NCBI GenBank assembly: GCA_951406725.2
Contig: OX597827.1
Location: forward strand, 54,622,001-54,686,000
Source: Octopus vulgaris
Taxonomy: Eukaryota
Direction: 5' to 3'
Length of the DNA stretch: 64,000 bases
Part shown: positions 1-11,044 of the stretch, piece after piece
Layout of the letters: each line of letters begins with the position of its first letter
Position numbering within the stretch: position 1 is the first letter of the stretch
Translations under genes and position numbers: made by a program
Notes under the pieces: generated by a model
The model's input: only the letters and a program-made list of their open reading frames with translations
Database searches by the model: none
What the model was told of the DNA's origin: nothing

Positions 1-169
1 GGGGTCTGGGAAGCCAGGAGGCTGCACCAGGCTCAAGTCTGATCTGGCAGTGTTTCTACAGCTGGATGCCCTTCTTAACGCCAACCACTCAGTGAGTGTA
101 GTGGGTGCTCCCTACGTACCACCAGCACAGGTGCCAGGGGAGGCTGGCAACGGCCACAATCGATTGGTG
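1..169 (-). mobile_element. RTE-type LINE/SINE 3' fragment (cut by window edge)
   Basis: Minus strand has GAGTGGTTGGCGTTAAGAAGGGCATCCAGCTGTAGAAAC, shared with copies at 4771-5060 and 57510-57760 that end in a (GAT)n tail. Confidence 0.7.
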
Positions 170-180
170 ACACGATCAGT

Positions 181-870
181 TGTAACAGTAAATGTAATGA
201 TATATGTTGGAGCCAGCAGTTACAAAATTGTAACAGGTATTGCGGTTACAGATGTACAAGATGAAAGAAGAAGAGTGATCGAAATTGTAAACAAACATTT
301 ATTTACTGTTACTTTGTAAATAGCCAAAACCACGACAGGCTAGCATGATAAATTCATAAAGCATTCAAAGTAAAGATAGATATCATAGTTTTTCCATGCA
401 TACTTTGTGTTTGTCATCATTGTAGAAGAGAAAGTGAGCTAGAGAAAGTTAGAGAGTCAGGGAAGTTGTGAGTCTCATAGTGGCTGATTGTTTTCTGTCT
501 CCCTCTGGCCAATTGTCTCAAGTGGTTGTCTTCCTGTGGCCCTCTCTAGTTGCCTCCATTCACCAACTGATTTTGGCTTATGGATTTCTTGTATTTAAAA
601 CTATACAAAACTAGTTAGAAAAATGGATATATCGCAGAGAACAATAGATTTTGTTGGCGGTGGACCTGTTATCTCAGTTCTAACTTCCATGGCTTTGAAG
701 AGGTTAAGAGGGTCAAGTGGCAAAGACATAAATCAGCTTAGCAAAGCCACATGTTAAATGTAACTGCTGTCACTATTGTTTTTTTCTGTGAGAAAAATGC
801 TGTTGAAATATTATGGGAAATTTACTGATCAAGGTTTGAATATACTCTATGCCTCAATGAAGTCACTACA
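181..870 (-). repeat. 3' LTR
   Basis: Starts TGTAACAG, ends GTCACTACA; preceded on the minus strand by CCCTCTGGGGTAGGGGAATGA (PPT-like). Confidence 0.8.
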
Positions 871-2448
871 TCATTCCCCTACCCCAGAGGGTTTCTAAGA
901 AAAAGAAGTGAACAATACAGGAACAGAAAGAAACACATGGCTGAGGAAAAATTTCGCATATCGGGAGAGAAGATCAATGAAGTGTATCCAAGACATTTTT
1001 CTATTCAGATAAGTCCGAATAACGATGTTACTTTGCATGCAAAAATGTGCAGTCAGTGACTGGGCTCTGGGAATGAGTTAGTGCATACTTGCATGTAAGG
1101 GTATATGCACAGGTGCAGGGGCACTTTTCAAAATTTACTGTAAAATAAACTCAGGTGAGCGAGTGAGTGTATTCTCAATTCATGATATCATAGATTCTCT
1201 AGCAGGATTGCATTGTGAAATTCCTTGACGAGTTTTTCAGAAGCGAAATGTGTCCAGCACTGTTGTCATGGGTAATTGCTGAGGTTTGCAAGAAAGACAG
1301 TGCAGTATGCTGGAGTGATACACGAGACAGGTAATTTTCCCCATTTATTATGTGACCAAACAGGGGTCTAAGAGAGGGAAGTTATGTCTAAACATGAGCA
1401 CAGAGTATGTGAACATCCGATGTGCATCTAGTCAGGAAAAGAGCTGAGCTGGCACAGACGTGTTGAGAACAAGGCAGTTGAGGCATAATAGAGGTGTGTG
1501 TGTGTGTGTGTGTATATGCAAATGCATGCGCAAGGCTAGGTACCAGGGAAAGGCACACATGTGTGCATAACTAGGTGCAAGGCTGAGGTAAAATGCTAGT
1601 GCAGTGATTACAAATACAGTGTTGAATATGCCAGTGATTGAAGTATTAAATGCCTTGAAATGAGCAGGAGGAAAAGTGAGGCATGGTAGCATGTTGTAAA
1701 GGACAAACAACCTTCTCTTTGTATATGTAACAGACGTGTAGTCTTACAGTGGCGAGTGGTGTCTACAAGGGCATAGAGAGGATGAGAAACAAGTGAGAAA
1801 GGCATGGTGTGGTGCATGAATGTGACAGTGTTAGCATGCAGGTACATGTATGAACAGTGTGTGGTGCAGCAAAAGTAACGAACAGTATAAAAGTGAGTAA
1901 ACAAATGTGATAAACTTAGTCGGAAATAGTGTCCTTTCTTAAAAGTCTATTGCTGAAAGTTAAAAAAAAAAAAAAGGTGTGCATGTAAAGAAAAAGAGGT
2001 TGTTGAAAGTCTATATGAGAGTCTTAAATTTGCAGAAAAGTTTGTAGATAATGCAATGTCTGTATATCAGGATGAGATGAAAAGTGTGTGCATGCTGAAA
2101 AGGTTGCATGTGCAGGCTTCCATATTTTCTTCCAGTTAGTTCTGGGCAGATGACTGTCTAATTGATGTGGTTACTGGCTTCAATGGTCAGTGAATTCTTT
2201 GTGTGTCGGCAGTGTTACATTGTAGTGAAGTGCATCACAGTGTGCATTGCAGCACAGAGCTTTCTGTAACAAGTGGAGCAAGGGTTGTGGCTTGATGAAA
2301 GTGGAGTGCAATTGTGGAACTTGAATTGTAACTGTGGATCTTGATTGCCAGTGGACGGCACAGAGTTAGATTGAGGCTGCACATTAAGTCGATAAAGGTG
2401 CATATTTGTGCTGACGAATGCTATCGTTCTTTTCATTTGGTATGATGA

Positions 2449-2757
2449 TGATTTGGTTCATTCCTTCTCAAGCCATGCCTGGCTCATAAGGGCTAGTTTC
2501 CTGGTTTCCTTGGTGTATAGGTTCCCCACTTGGATGGGACGCTGGTCCGTCACAGGTGAGCTGCAAGATGCAGGAGGAAAGAGTGAGAGAAAGTTGTGGC
2601 GAAAGAGTCAGCAGAAGTTCGCCATTACCTTCTGCCGGAGCCGCATGGAACTTAGGCGCTTCACTCATAAACACACACATCGCCCGGTCTGAGATTCGAA
2701 CACGCGATCCCTCGACCACGAGTCCACTGCTCTAACCACTAGGTCATGTGCCTCCAC
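2449..2757 (-). mobile_element. tRNA-derived SINE with V-like domain
   Basis: Minus-strand head GTGGAGGCACATGACCTAGTGGTTAGAGC...GTGTTCGAATC (A/B boxes); ACCTGTGACGGACCAGCGTCCCATCCA domain; 14-bp TSD ATTTGGTATGATGA (2435-2448, 2758-2771). Confidence 0.85.
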
Positions 2758-2960
2758 ATTTGGTATGATGACTGCCGAAGCAAAGCAAAGGCTGCTGAAA
2801 AGAAGGTTGTATTTCTTTAGCTTGGGTCACCAAATGTATGTGACGACGTAATGAGACATGCAGTATCAGAAAGGCAGTAGTTCTTTTTAGACAGAGTCAG
2901 CAAAATGCAGCAGCAAATAGCATCAGAAGGAAGTCGTTCTTTCTAGATGGGGTGACCAGT

Positions 2961-3885
2961 TGTAACAGTGAATGTTATAAGGCGGCAAGCTGACAGAAAT
3001 ATTAGCACCCTGGGCAAAATGCTTAGCGGTATTTTTTCTACAGCTACGTTCTGAGTTCAAATTTCACTGAGGTCGACTTTGCCTTTCATCCTTTCGGGAT
3101 CGATTAAACAAGTACCAGTTATGCACTGGGGTTGATATAATCGTCTTAATCCCTTTGTCTGTCCTTGTTTGTCCCCTCTGTGTGTAGATCCTTGCGGGCA
3201 CTAACGAAATATGTAACAGTGAATGTAATAATATATGTTGGAGTCGGCAGTTACCAATTGTAACGGGTATTGCTGTTGCAGATGTGCAAGATGAAAGAAG
3301 AACAGTGATCAAGTTGTAAACAAGCATTTATTTACCATTACTTTGTATATAGCCAAAACCACGAAGGACTGGTATGATAAATTCATAAAGCATGCTAAGT
3401 AAAGATAAATATCGTAGATTTTCCATGTATAGTTTGTGTTCTCGTCATTGTAGAAGAGAAAGTGAGCTTGTGAAAGTTCGGGAGTCAAGCAAAGTTGTAT
3501 ATCTCATAGTGGCTGATTGTTTTCTGTCTCCCTCTAACCGTTTGTCTCAAGTGGCTGTCAGCCTGTAGCAATCTCTTGTTGCCTCCATTCACTGATTTTG
3601 GCTTAGGAGTTCTTGTATTTAAAACTATACAAAACTAGTTAGAAAAATAGATATATCGCAAAGAACAATAGATTTTGTTGAGGGTCGACCTGTTATTTCA
3701 ATTCTAACTTTTCATAGCTTAGAAGCGGTTAGGAGGGTCAAGTGGCAAAGATATGAATTGGGTTAGCAAAAGTCACATGTTAAATGTAACTGCTGTCACT
3801 ATCGTTTTTTCTGAGAAAAATGCTGTTATGGGAAATTTGCTGATTGAGGTTCCAATCTATTCTATACCTAAATGAAGTCACTCCA
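2961..3885 (-). repeat. 5' LTR, interrupted by a SINE
   Basis: Colinear with 181-870; followed on the minus strand, after 2 nt, by TGGTCACCCCAT (PBS-like). Confidence 0.8.
2981..3211 (+). mobile_element. tRNA-derived SINE with Meta/MESC-like domain
   Basis: GGCGGCAAGCTGACAGAA head, GAGTTCAAAT B box, GCCTTTCATCCTTTCGGG domain; ~20-bp TSD (2961-2980, 3212-3231). Confidence 0.85.
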
Positions 3886-4617
<732 letters not shown>

Positions 4618-4673
4618 AGAGAGAATATATATATATACATATATACATACATATATATACATATATATATAAT

Positions 4674-4733
4674 TTTAGCAAAAACTGTCTGATGAACGGC
4701 AACGAGAAACTCAGAGTAACAGATTTTGTTGAA
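4674..4733 (+). ncRNA. Type I hammerhead-ribozyme-like motif (Penelope-type)
   Basis: Stem I tttagcaaaaactgt/acagattttgttgaa; CTGATGA at 4689; a-CG-gcaa-CG-a; GAAAC-tcaga-GTA. Confidence 0.7.
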
Positions 4734-4770
4734 TTTTCTGCTGCTTTACATATATATATATATATATCGA

Positions 4771-5060
4771 ATCGTGGCCGAAGCCAGTGCCGCCTCGACT
4801 GGCTTCCGTGCAGGTGGCACGTAAAATGCACCAATCCGACCGTGGCCGATGCCAGCCTCGCCTGGCACCAGTGCAGGTGGTGCGTAATTAGCACCCACTA
4901 CACTCACGGAGTGGTTGGCGTTAGGAAGGGCATCCAGCTGTAGAAACATTGCCAGATAAGACCGGAGCCTGGTGCAGCCTTCTGGCTTCCCAGATCCCCG
5001 ATCGAACCGTCCAACCCATGCTAGCATGGAGAACGGACGTTGAACGATGATGATGATGAT
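4771..5060 (+). mobile_element. RTE-type LINE/SINE 3' end
   Basis: GGCGTTAGGAAGGGCATCCAGCTGTAGAAAC motif and (GAT)n tail. Confidence 0.75.
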
Positions 5061-5211
5061 ATATATATAAATATATATATATATACATATACATACACAT
5101 ATATATATATATACATATACATATTTATACATACATATATATATACATACATATATACATACATATATACATATACATACATATATACACATACATTATA
5201 TATATACACAT

Positions 5212-5254
<43 letters not shown>

Positions 5255-5255
<1 letters not shown>

Positions 5256-5397
5256 GACGGGCTTCTTTCAGTTTCCGTCCATCAAATTCACACACAAGGC
5301 ATTGGTCGGCTCGAGGCTATAGTAGAGGATACTTGCCCAAGCTTCCACGCAGTGAGACTGAACCCAGCACCATGTGGTTGGTAAGCAAGTTTCTTAC
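5255..5397 (-). mobile_element. CORE-like SINE, 5' part
   Basis: Reverse complement of the 4214 family head. Confidence 0.85.
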
Positions 5398-5999
5398 ATC
5401 ATTAAAATTTGTTACTGTTCGTTGACGTTTTCTGCTTTATACGAATGTATATACATAATCAAAACTATCTCCACACATACACACACGAACGTACGTGTAT
5501 GTATGTATATGTGTGTGTATTAAACAAAATTACAAAAGAGAAATAACTCAGAATGGCCAGTGGCACATTATACGAAAATATAGTTACAGGTATATCAAAT
5601 ACCATACAACAAAGATTCTTGATTTATTAAAATTATCTCCACCTCTGGAGGACGTGTTTACAAATGACATTACATGGACGTGTATACACACACGAATATG
5701 TGTGTGCATTTATGTTTACATATTAGATATGAGGAACTCAGTAGCGATGGAAAGAAGTCTGCTTCTTAATAAACATGTACTGAGTGCCTTTGTACCCGTT
5801 TAGAAATTTAACCGCGCTCACCCACACACACATACACCTACGTGTAAGTGAGTTTAATGAAAAATTTGTGTGTGTGAAGCATAGAAAAATCCCGCCAGCA
5901 TCAGCTTTGCTTTCGGGGTCGAAGTAATCCTGAAATTTGAGGTCTTGTGCGTGCGTGCACTTGTGTACGCCCGTCCGTCGCGTATTTGTATATCATCAT

Positions 6000-7030
6000 G
6001 AAAGAAAGAAAAAAAAGTACTTAGAAAACAAAGCCATACAAAAGAGTATTTGAAGAGGTTGCCCTGGCTAATTTATAAAAGAATGAGAAATAAAAACAAC
6101 TTGAGAGAATCTTCGTAAAAGCTATAAAAATATTTATAAGATTGATAAATGAATAGAGAGAGATAAATGTCTAGACGGCAGTAATTATAGAAGGAAAACT
6201 CGCGCAGAGACAAAGAGTTATGATAGATGAACGAATTTGGAAGGTGTTATCGGAAAGAAGAATAAGAGAATAAGTTTGATAGACAGAAGAAGGGAAAGCT
6301 TTGGTGATGAATAATGTGATGAGAAATGGGAGAAATAATGTGAGAGGGGAATAAACGAAAGAAAAGTGGATGAAAGAGAACAAAGATTATGAGGAAAGTG
6401 AGAGAAAGAAAGTATGAGAAAAGAGGGGACAGTGTTTGTATGATTGGAAATCGGATAAGATTTGATAAGAATAAGACGTAAATAGCGAGAAGAAAAGAGG
6501 CTCAGATGTCAGACTAGACTTAGTGAGAAAAAAAAAAATAGAGAGGATGGGGAAAAGAAAAAAGCAGACTTGTTAAAAAATAAGGGTAAACAAGGTAAAA
6601 GGAAGAAAAAAGATGACAGAAGAGACAGATAGAGAGAAAAAAATAATACGCACGCGCGTGCGTACACACACACATATAATTAGTAGTCATGAAGCTTAGA
6701 GGTGACTCAAAGACCTAGAGTTTCGTATCAAAGCAGACACACAAACATAACTTTGTATACGAAAGAGAGAGAGAGGCAAAAGGAGTGAAAGAAGAAGTGT
6801 TTGTCAAAAACATAAACAGCGAGAGAAAGAAAAAAAGAAACAGAGTGAGGGTAAAAGCGAGAGAGAGAGAGATAAACAGAATGAATGCAAAAGTGAAAGA
6901 ATCAAGAAAGTGAATGAAAGATAGAGATAAGAGAGGAAGAGACGATACGATGTGTGTGTAATGTATATAATAAAACAGACGGCTCGAGAGGGGAGGAAGT
7001 CGCTTATGAAGGAGACAAATAAAGTAGTTC
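6000..7030 (+). promoter_or_regulatory. Purine-rich (GA) tract upstream of the putative first exon
   Basis: ~1 kb strongly A/G-biased on the + strand, in a CpG-retaining, TE-free interval; function inferred from position only. Confidence 0.35.
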
Positions 7031-7721
7031 AATTGTCAACGTTGAGTGATGATAACTCCAAACCCGCTAACACCGAGCTGTTGAAATTCTGCTCGGTTTG
7101 AACTTATTTCCACGACTGGCTGGTAAAATTTTGGTCGTTGCCGTCACCCCATCTTCGACAAGTGGCATTCTCTCAAGACACCTATCATCCACAGTTACTA
7201 TATGCTATATTGCAACATATACGCATACATAATAAGCATGTCCATGATTTTGGGAAGGAAGGATGTAAGCTTGTGACTTTCGTTGGTGTCATTCCAGTGG
7301 TTTGTTTCACCGGGATTTCTGTTCTGACGTTTTACATAGGAAACCAATTCGACATATATTACAATTATTGATGTTATTTTATGCGTGTAAACCAACAAAA
7401 CTACCCACGTAACCATCAGTGTTCTCTCGGATATGTTGTGACACTACCACGAAACTAGCTGCAGGTTATTTTTACCATTGTTTTTCGATTCTAACCAAGT
7501 ATTAATTAATAATTGGGTACGTGTGTGTGTACGTATATTTTTTGCTCTTCATTCGGAAAAAAAATAAATAAATAAAATACGAAGCGCTTTTGAGAAATCA
7601 ACAACAAAATCTTTAAAAAAAAAAAAGAAAAGAAAAAGCAAAACCGACAGTCACCAAGTTCGGAAAAATTTAGGCGAGGTTTTAATTTTACCATTCTTGT
7701 TTTATTTTACCTGGCTTTCTG

Positions 7722-7745
7722 ATGAAGTTACCCCCAAATACCTGA
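7722..7745 (+). promoter_or_regulatory. uORF (MKLPPNT*), in frame with the downstream ATG
   Basis: ATG AAG TTA CCC CCA AAT ACC TGA, then AGG, then ATG at 7749. Confidence 0.5.
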
Positions 7746-7748
7746 AGG

Positions 7749-7782
7749 ATGGGTAACACATCTTCGAGCCAAAACAACAAAG
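7749..7782 (+). CDS. Candidate first coding exon of an N-myristoylated protein (MGNTSSSQNNK, phase-1 intron); gene identity unknown
   Basis: AGGATGG Kozak-like context (A at -3, G at +4), MGxxxS myristoylation consensus, AAG|GTAGGT donor at 7783, unique CpG-retaining surroundings; no second exon identified in the window. Confidence 0.65.
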
Positions 7783-8079
7783 GTAGGTGAACTCTTTTTC
7801 TTTTTGTTTTCATTTCCACCCATTTCCACAATGTTTACAGGTCTGAATAAAGAATTAAATGCCTTATTTTCAAAATTATATGTTTACTATATTCTGTGTA
7901 TTGACAAGCAACAACACACGCATGTCGATAAATACTCAAAATTGTTAAATGTACGTGTTTTTCACGAACACATGTAGTTTCACATGTATGTCTTTTTAAA
8001 CACATGTACATTTGCTTAAATGCATGTATGTTCACATACAGTGCAACACATTAATGTATATCTATAATTCATTTATTAC

Positions 8080-8425
8080 ACATGAACACACATTATATAG
8101 GGGTACATACACATCATGCGTGTGTAATATATAATATGTATTTATACATACATACACACACGCACCTTGTATATATATGTGCATATATATATACACTATG
8201 TATATGCATATATACACGTATACTTGTGTGTATGTGCATATATATATACACTATGTATATGCATATATACACGTATACTTGTGTGTATATACATATATAC
8301 AAGTACATGTGTGTATACATATGTATGTACGCTTGTATGCGCGCGCGCATATTGTGTATGTGTCTGTCTCTGTGTGTGCGTGTATGCCTGTCTGTGTGTG
8401 TGTCTATCTGTCTGTGTGTGTGTGT
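8080..8425. repeat. TA/CA/TG low-complexity tract with a ~56-bp internal tandem duplication
   Basis: TGTGCATATATAT...ACACGTATACTTGTGTGTAT occurs twice (~8178-8288). Confidence 0.85.
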
Positions 8426-9925
8426 CGACGAAACAGGCGAAGGTATCCAAAATTTCTGTTTGTTTAGATCTTACCAGTTACAAGACGTGGAGGGGTAGAT
8501 TTGGCGCCGTTGTTCTCAAATAGTTTTCATCAGAGATGGTGACTAAGGAAGTGATCTGAAAGCGACTTTTTTTTTTTTAATTCGTTTGTTTTCTTTGACT
8601 GTATTTTTTTTTAGATAAATAGTACTTCAAACGTGTATCGAGTATTCTTTTCATTTCATTTGGTTTAAACGTCTACTTTATAGAATTTAAAAACAAAATG
8701 AAAAAAAAAAAATATAATAATAAACGAATAAATTTTTATGACATTCCTGACCGAGAAGTGACAGACTTATTTTAATCGAGGGAAAAATAATATAAAAAAA
8801 AAACAAAGTTAAGGTTTGAAATATAATTTATTAAAAGTAACATTTAATCTGTAAATGAAGCTTTTTTTTTTTTTCCTTCCGGGTTTATTTACTTAGAATT
8901 TCTGTCCCCCTCCTTACTTTTCCTTCAAGAAATAATCAAAGAAATTCAATAAAGGACTGGGATTGATTTCATCCTTAAGCCTGTTAACAGTTTGGAAATG
9001 GGGCAGACAAAACTCCTGTCTTATTTCCCCACCCCCGTCCCCGTAATGTGCGTGTGTATATGTATATGTGTGTGTATCGTACCTTTATTTTTCTATATTG
9101 TTAACGCATTACCGTTTTCGTTGATGTAAAAAGGATAATTTTCCTAATCATCAAGTAGTTTAGAGTAAAGCTATTTCTGCGTCGACCGTTTTTTTAAAAT
9201 TATTTATTCCTTTTTTTTTTTTTCACTTCCGAAAGTTGCCCGAATGATTTAGCGATCGTTTGGTATCGCCAGTTCCATCCAAGCATATTTTATCTTATTG
9301 TGTATGTGAGAGAAAGAGATCTTAGTTTCCATTGTTCTTGTTAATTTGTGCAAACCAATTAAGCTAATATATATATATATATATTTTGTCTGCTTTAATA
9401 ATTATATTTTTCTTTAAAAACAAAAACAAACAAGAGACAAAACAAAAAAAGCGGACTAGTCATAAATATTGTCTTTGGGACATTACTTCCATGTCAACAA
9501 TGATTTAATGTTTGTATACAGATTCAATTCAAAAGACTTCTGCAGATGTGTAGCTATGCTGCTGCTTATCGTGCACACCCATGACTAGACAAGACATTAT
9601 ATGGAATTGTGTACAATCATAATATACTATACTCATTATAAATGCTATATTTGCTTATGTACGCTTATATCTTTTTTCAATACGGACACGATATGCATCA
9701 TCACATCTCGTTATATGCACTTTATGTATATTTACGTATCTGACATACACAGACAAGTATCTCGCACACTTTTGTGCGCCTAAGTATTCCCATGCTTTAT
9801 TTATCATAGACACACATGGTTGTTACACATTTTCGCAAGTTCTCAGTCACTCGTTCGTCAATGCAGACACGTTTAAACTAATAATAACATCTAACGCCAA
9901 AGCTGCAGATCGCCTCCGATTGAAC

Positions 9926-10412
9926 CAGTGGTTCTCAACCAAGGGCCACATGAACCCATGGAGATTTTTGGGGTGTCCACGCGAGCAAAATAGTAAATTG
10001 GATCCACAGTAGTATTTTGAAGGTGCAGAGATAAAGAATACGCACACCACCCGTTTTCGGCGTAACAAAAACCCTAACCCTCAACACCGGGTGTGCATAT
10101 TCTTAACCTTCGCCTTTTAAGGGGATCTGAAAAAACCCCCCAAAAAACAACTTTGCTTTAGATGTATTTCTTGCCAGGAACAGCTAGGTTTCTTTCAACA
10201 TGTTTCCAACCACTGAAACGCTCTCTTAAAGAGCACTGTTGCAAACCCACACAAGTGATTGGGTGGGGTGGGGTGCAGGGACAAAGAAATTTTGAAAGGA
10301 GTATCTATAGAATTAGTTTTTGAAAATCGAATGGATAAGAGGGGGTCCACCAGAATAAAATAGTAATCAAAGGGGTTCATAGATAAGAAAAAAAAATGGT
10401 TGAGAACTATTG
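9926..10412. mobile_element. hAT (Charlie-like) MITE
   Basis: TIRs CAGTGGTTCTCAACC / GGTTGAGAACTATTG; perfect 8-bp TSD GATTGAAC (9918-9925, 10413-10420). Confidence 0.9.
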
Positions 10413-11044
10413 GATTGAACAGACCTATGATCAAAGATATTCTGGTTGTAACCATAGCAAGAGTTTTCTATATATATTGAATTGTTTCTCTGTAATAGGC
10501 CTCTGTCCTGTCCGTCGGAGTTGGCTTTATGTTTACACAGCGCCGTATTAGAAGCATTAGAGCCCTTTCCCCACCGGACATCAGTGCACTATAGTGTTTA
10601 TTCCTTAACAAAGCTACGACAGACATCGACTAGATTTGGGCCCTTAGATTCGTAAGGACCCTTGACAACTACCCAGTGTCCCCATGCCTTAAGACAACAC
10701 AGTCTACACCTTGAAAGTTCTCCTCTAGGGCGAAGTTTTTATTTGTTGTCTATTGAGTAAGCCTCTTCCTCTCCATGCTACCGACTGTATCAGCCCTTGG
10801 AAAAAGTATCGTCATAGGCGAAATCAGTCTGTAAAGAGCTGGAAAACACCACTGCAAAGCATTTTGTCCAACTCTCAAAATCCGTTGCCCTCGATCTGGA
10901 CGGTTACCAGACAAAGTTGACTGCAACAGGATTTGGAACGATACGTTAAGACCTATATCAAAACTGCAAGGTTTTAACGATTCTGCTAATCAAATGTCTA
11001 TCTTGGTTTACATTATTCAATATGTTTCATTGTTAGAAGACATT

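Larger units (their letters stand above)
181..3885 (-). mobile_element. Non-autonomous LTR retroelement (two LTRs, ~2 kb internal region, no recognisable gag/pol)
   Basis: Diverged ~690-bp direct repeats (181-870; 2961-3885 minus SINE) with TG...CA ends; polypurine tract at 871-891 and TGG-starting PBS-like site at 2947-2958, both on the minus strand. Confidence 0.8.

Noticed and set aside
2690-2757. tRNA-like sequences at SINE heads
   Set aside because: A/B boxes continue into SINE bodies with TSDs; not tRNA genes
7713-7770. Hairpin as pre-miRNA, hammerhead (CTGATGA) or SECIS
   Set aside because: No GAAA/stem III partner, several mismatches, and it overlaps a better-supported coding start
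7749-7782. Assigning a gene symbol (MGNTSS also begins human AMPK beta-1)
   Set aside because: Eleven residues of a generic myristoylation motif cannot identify the gene
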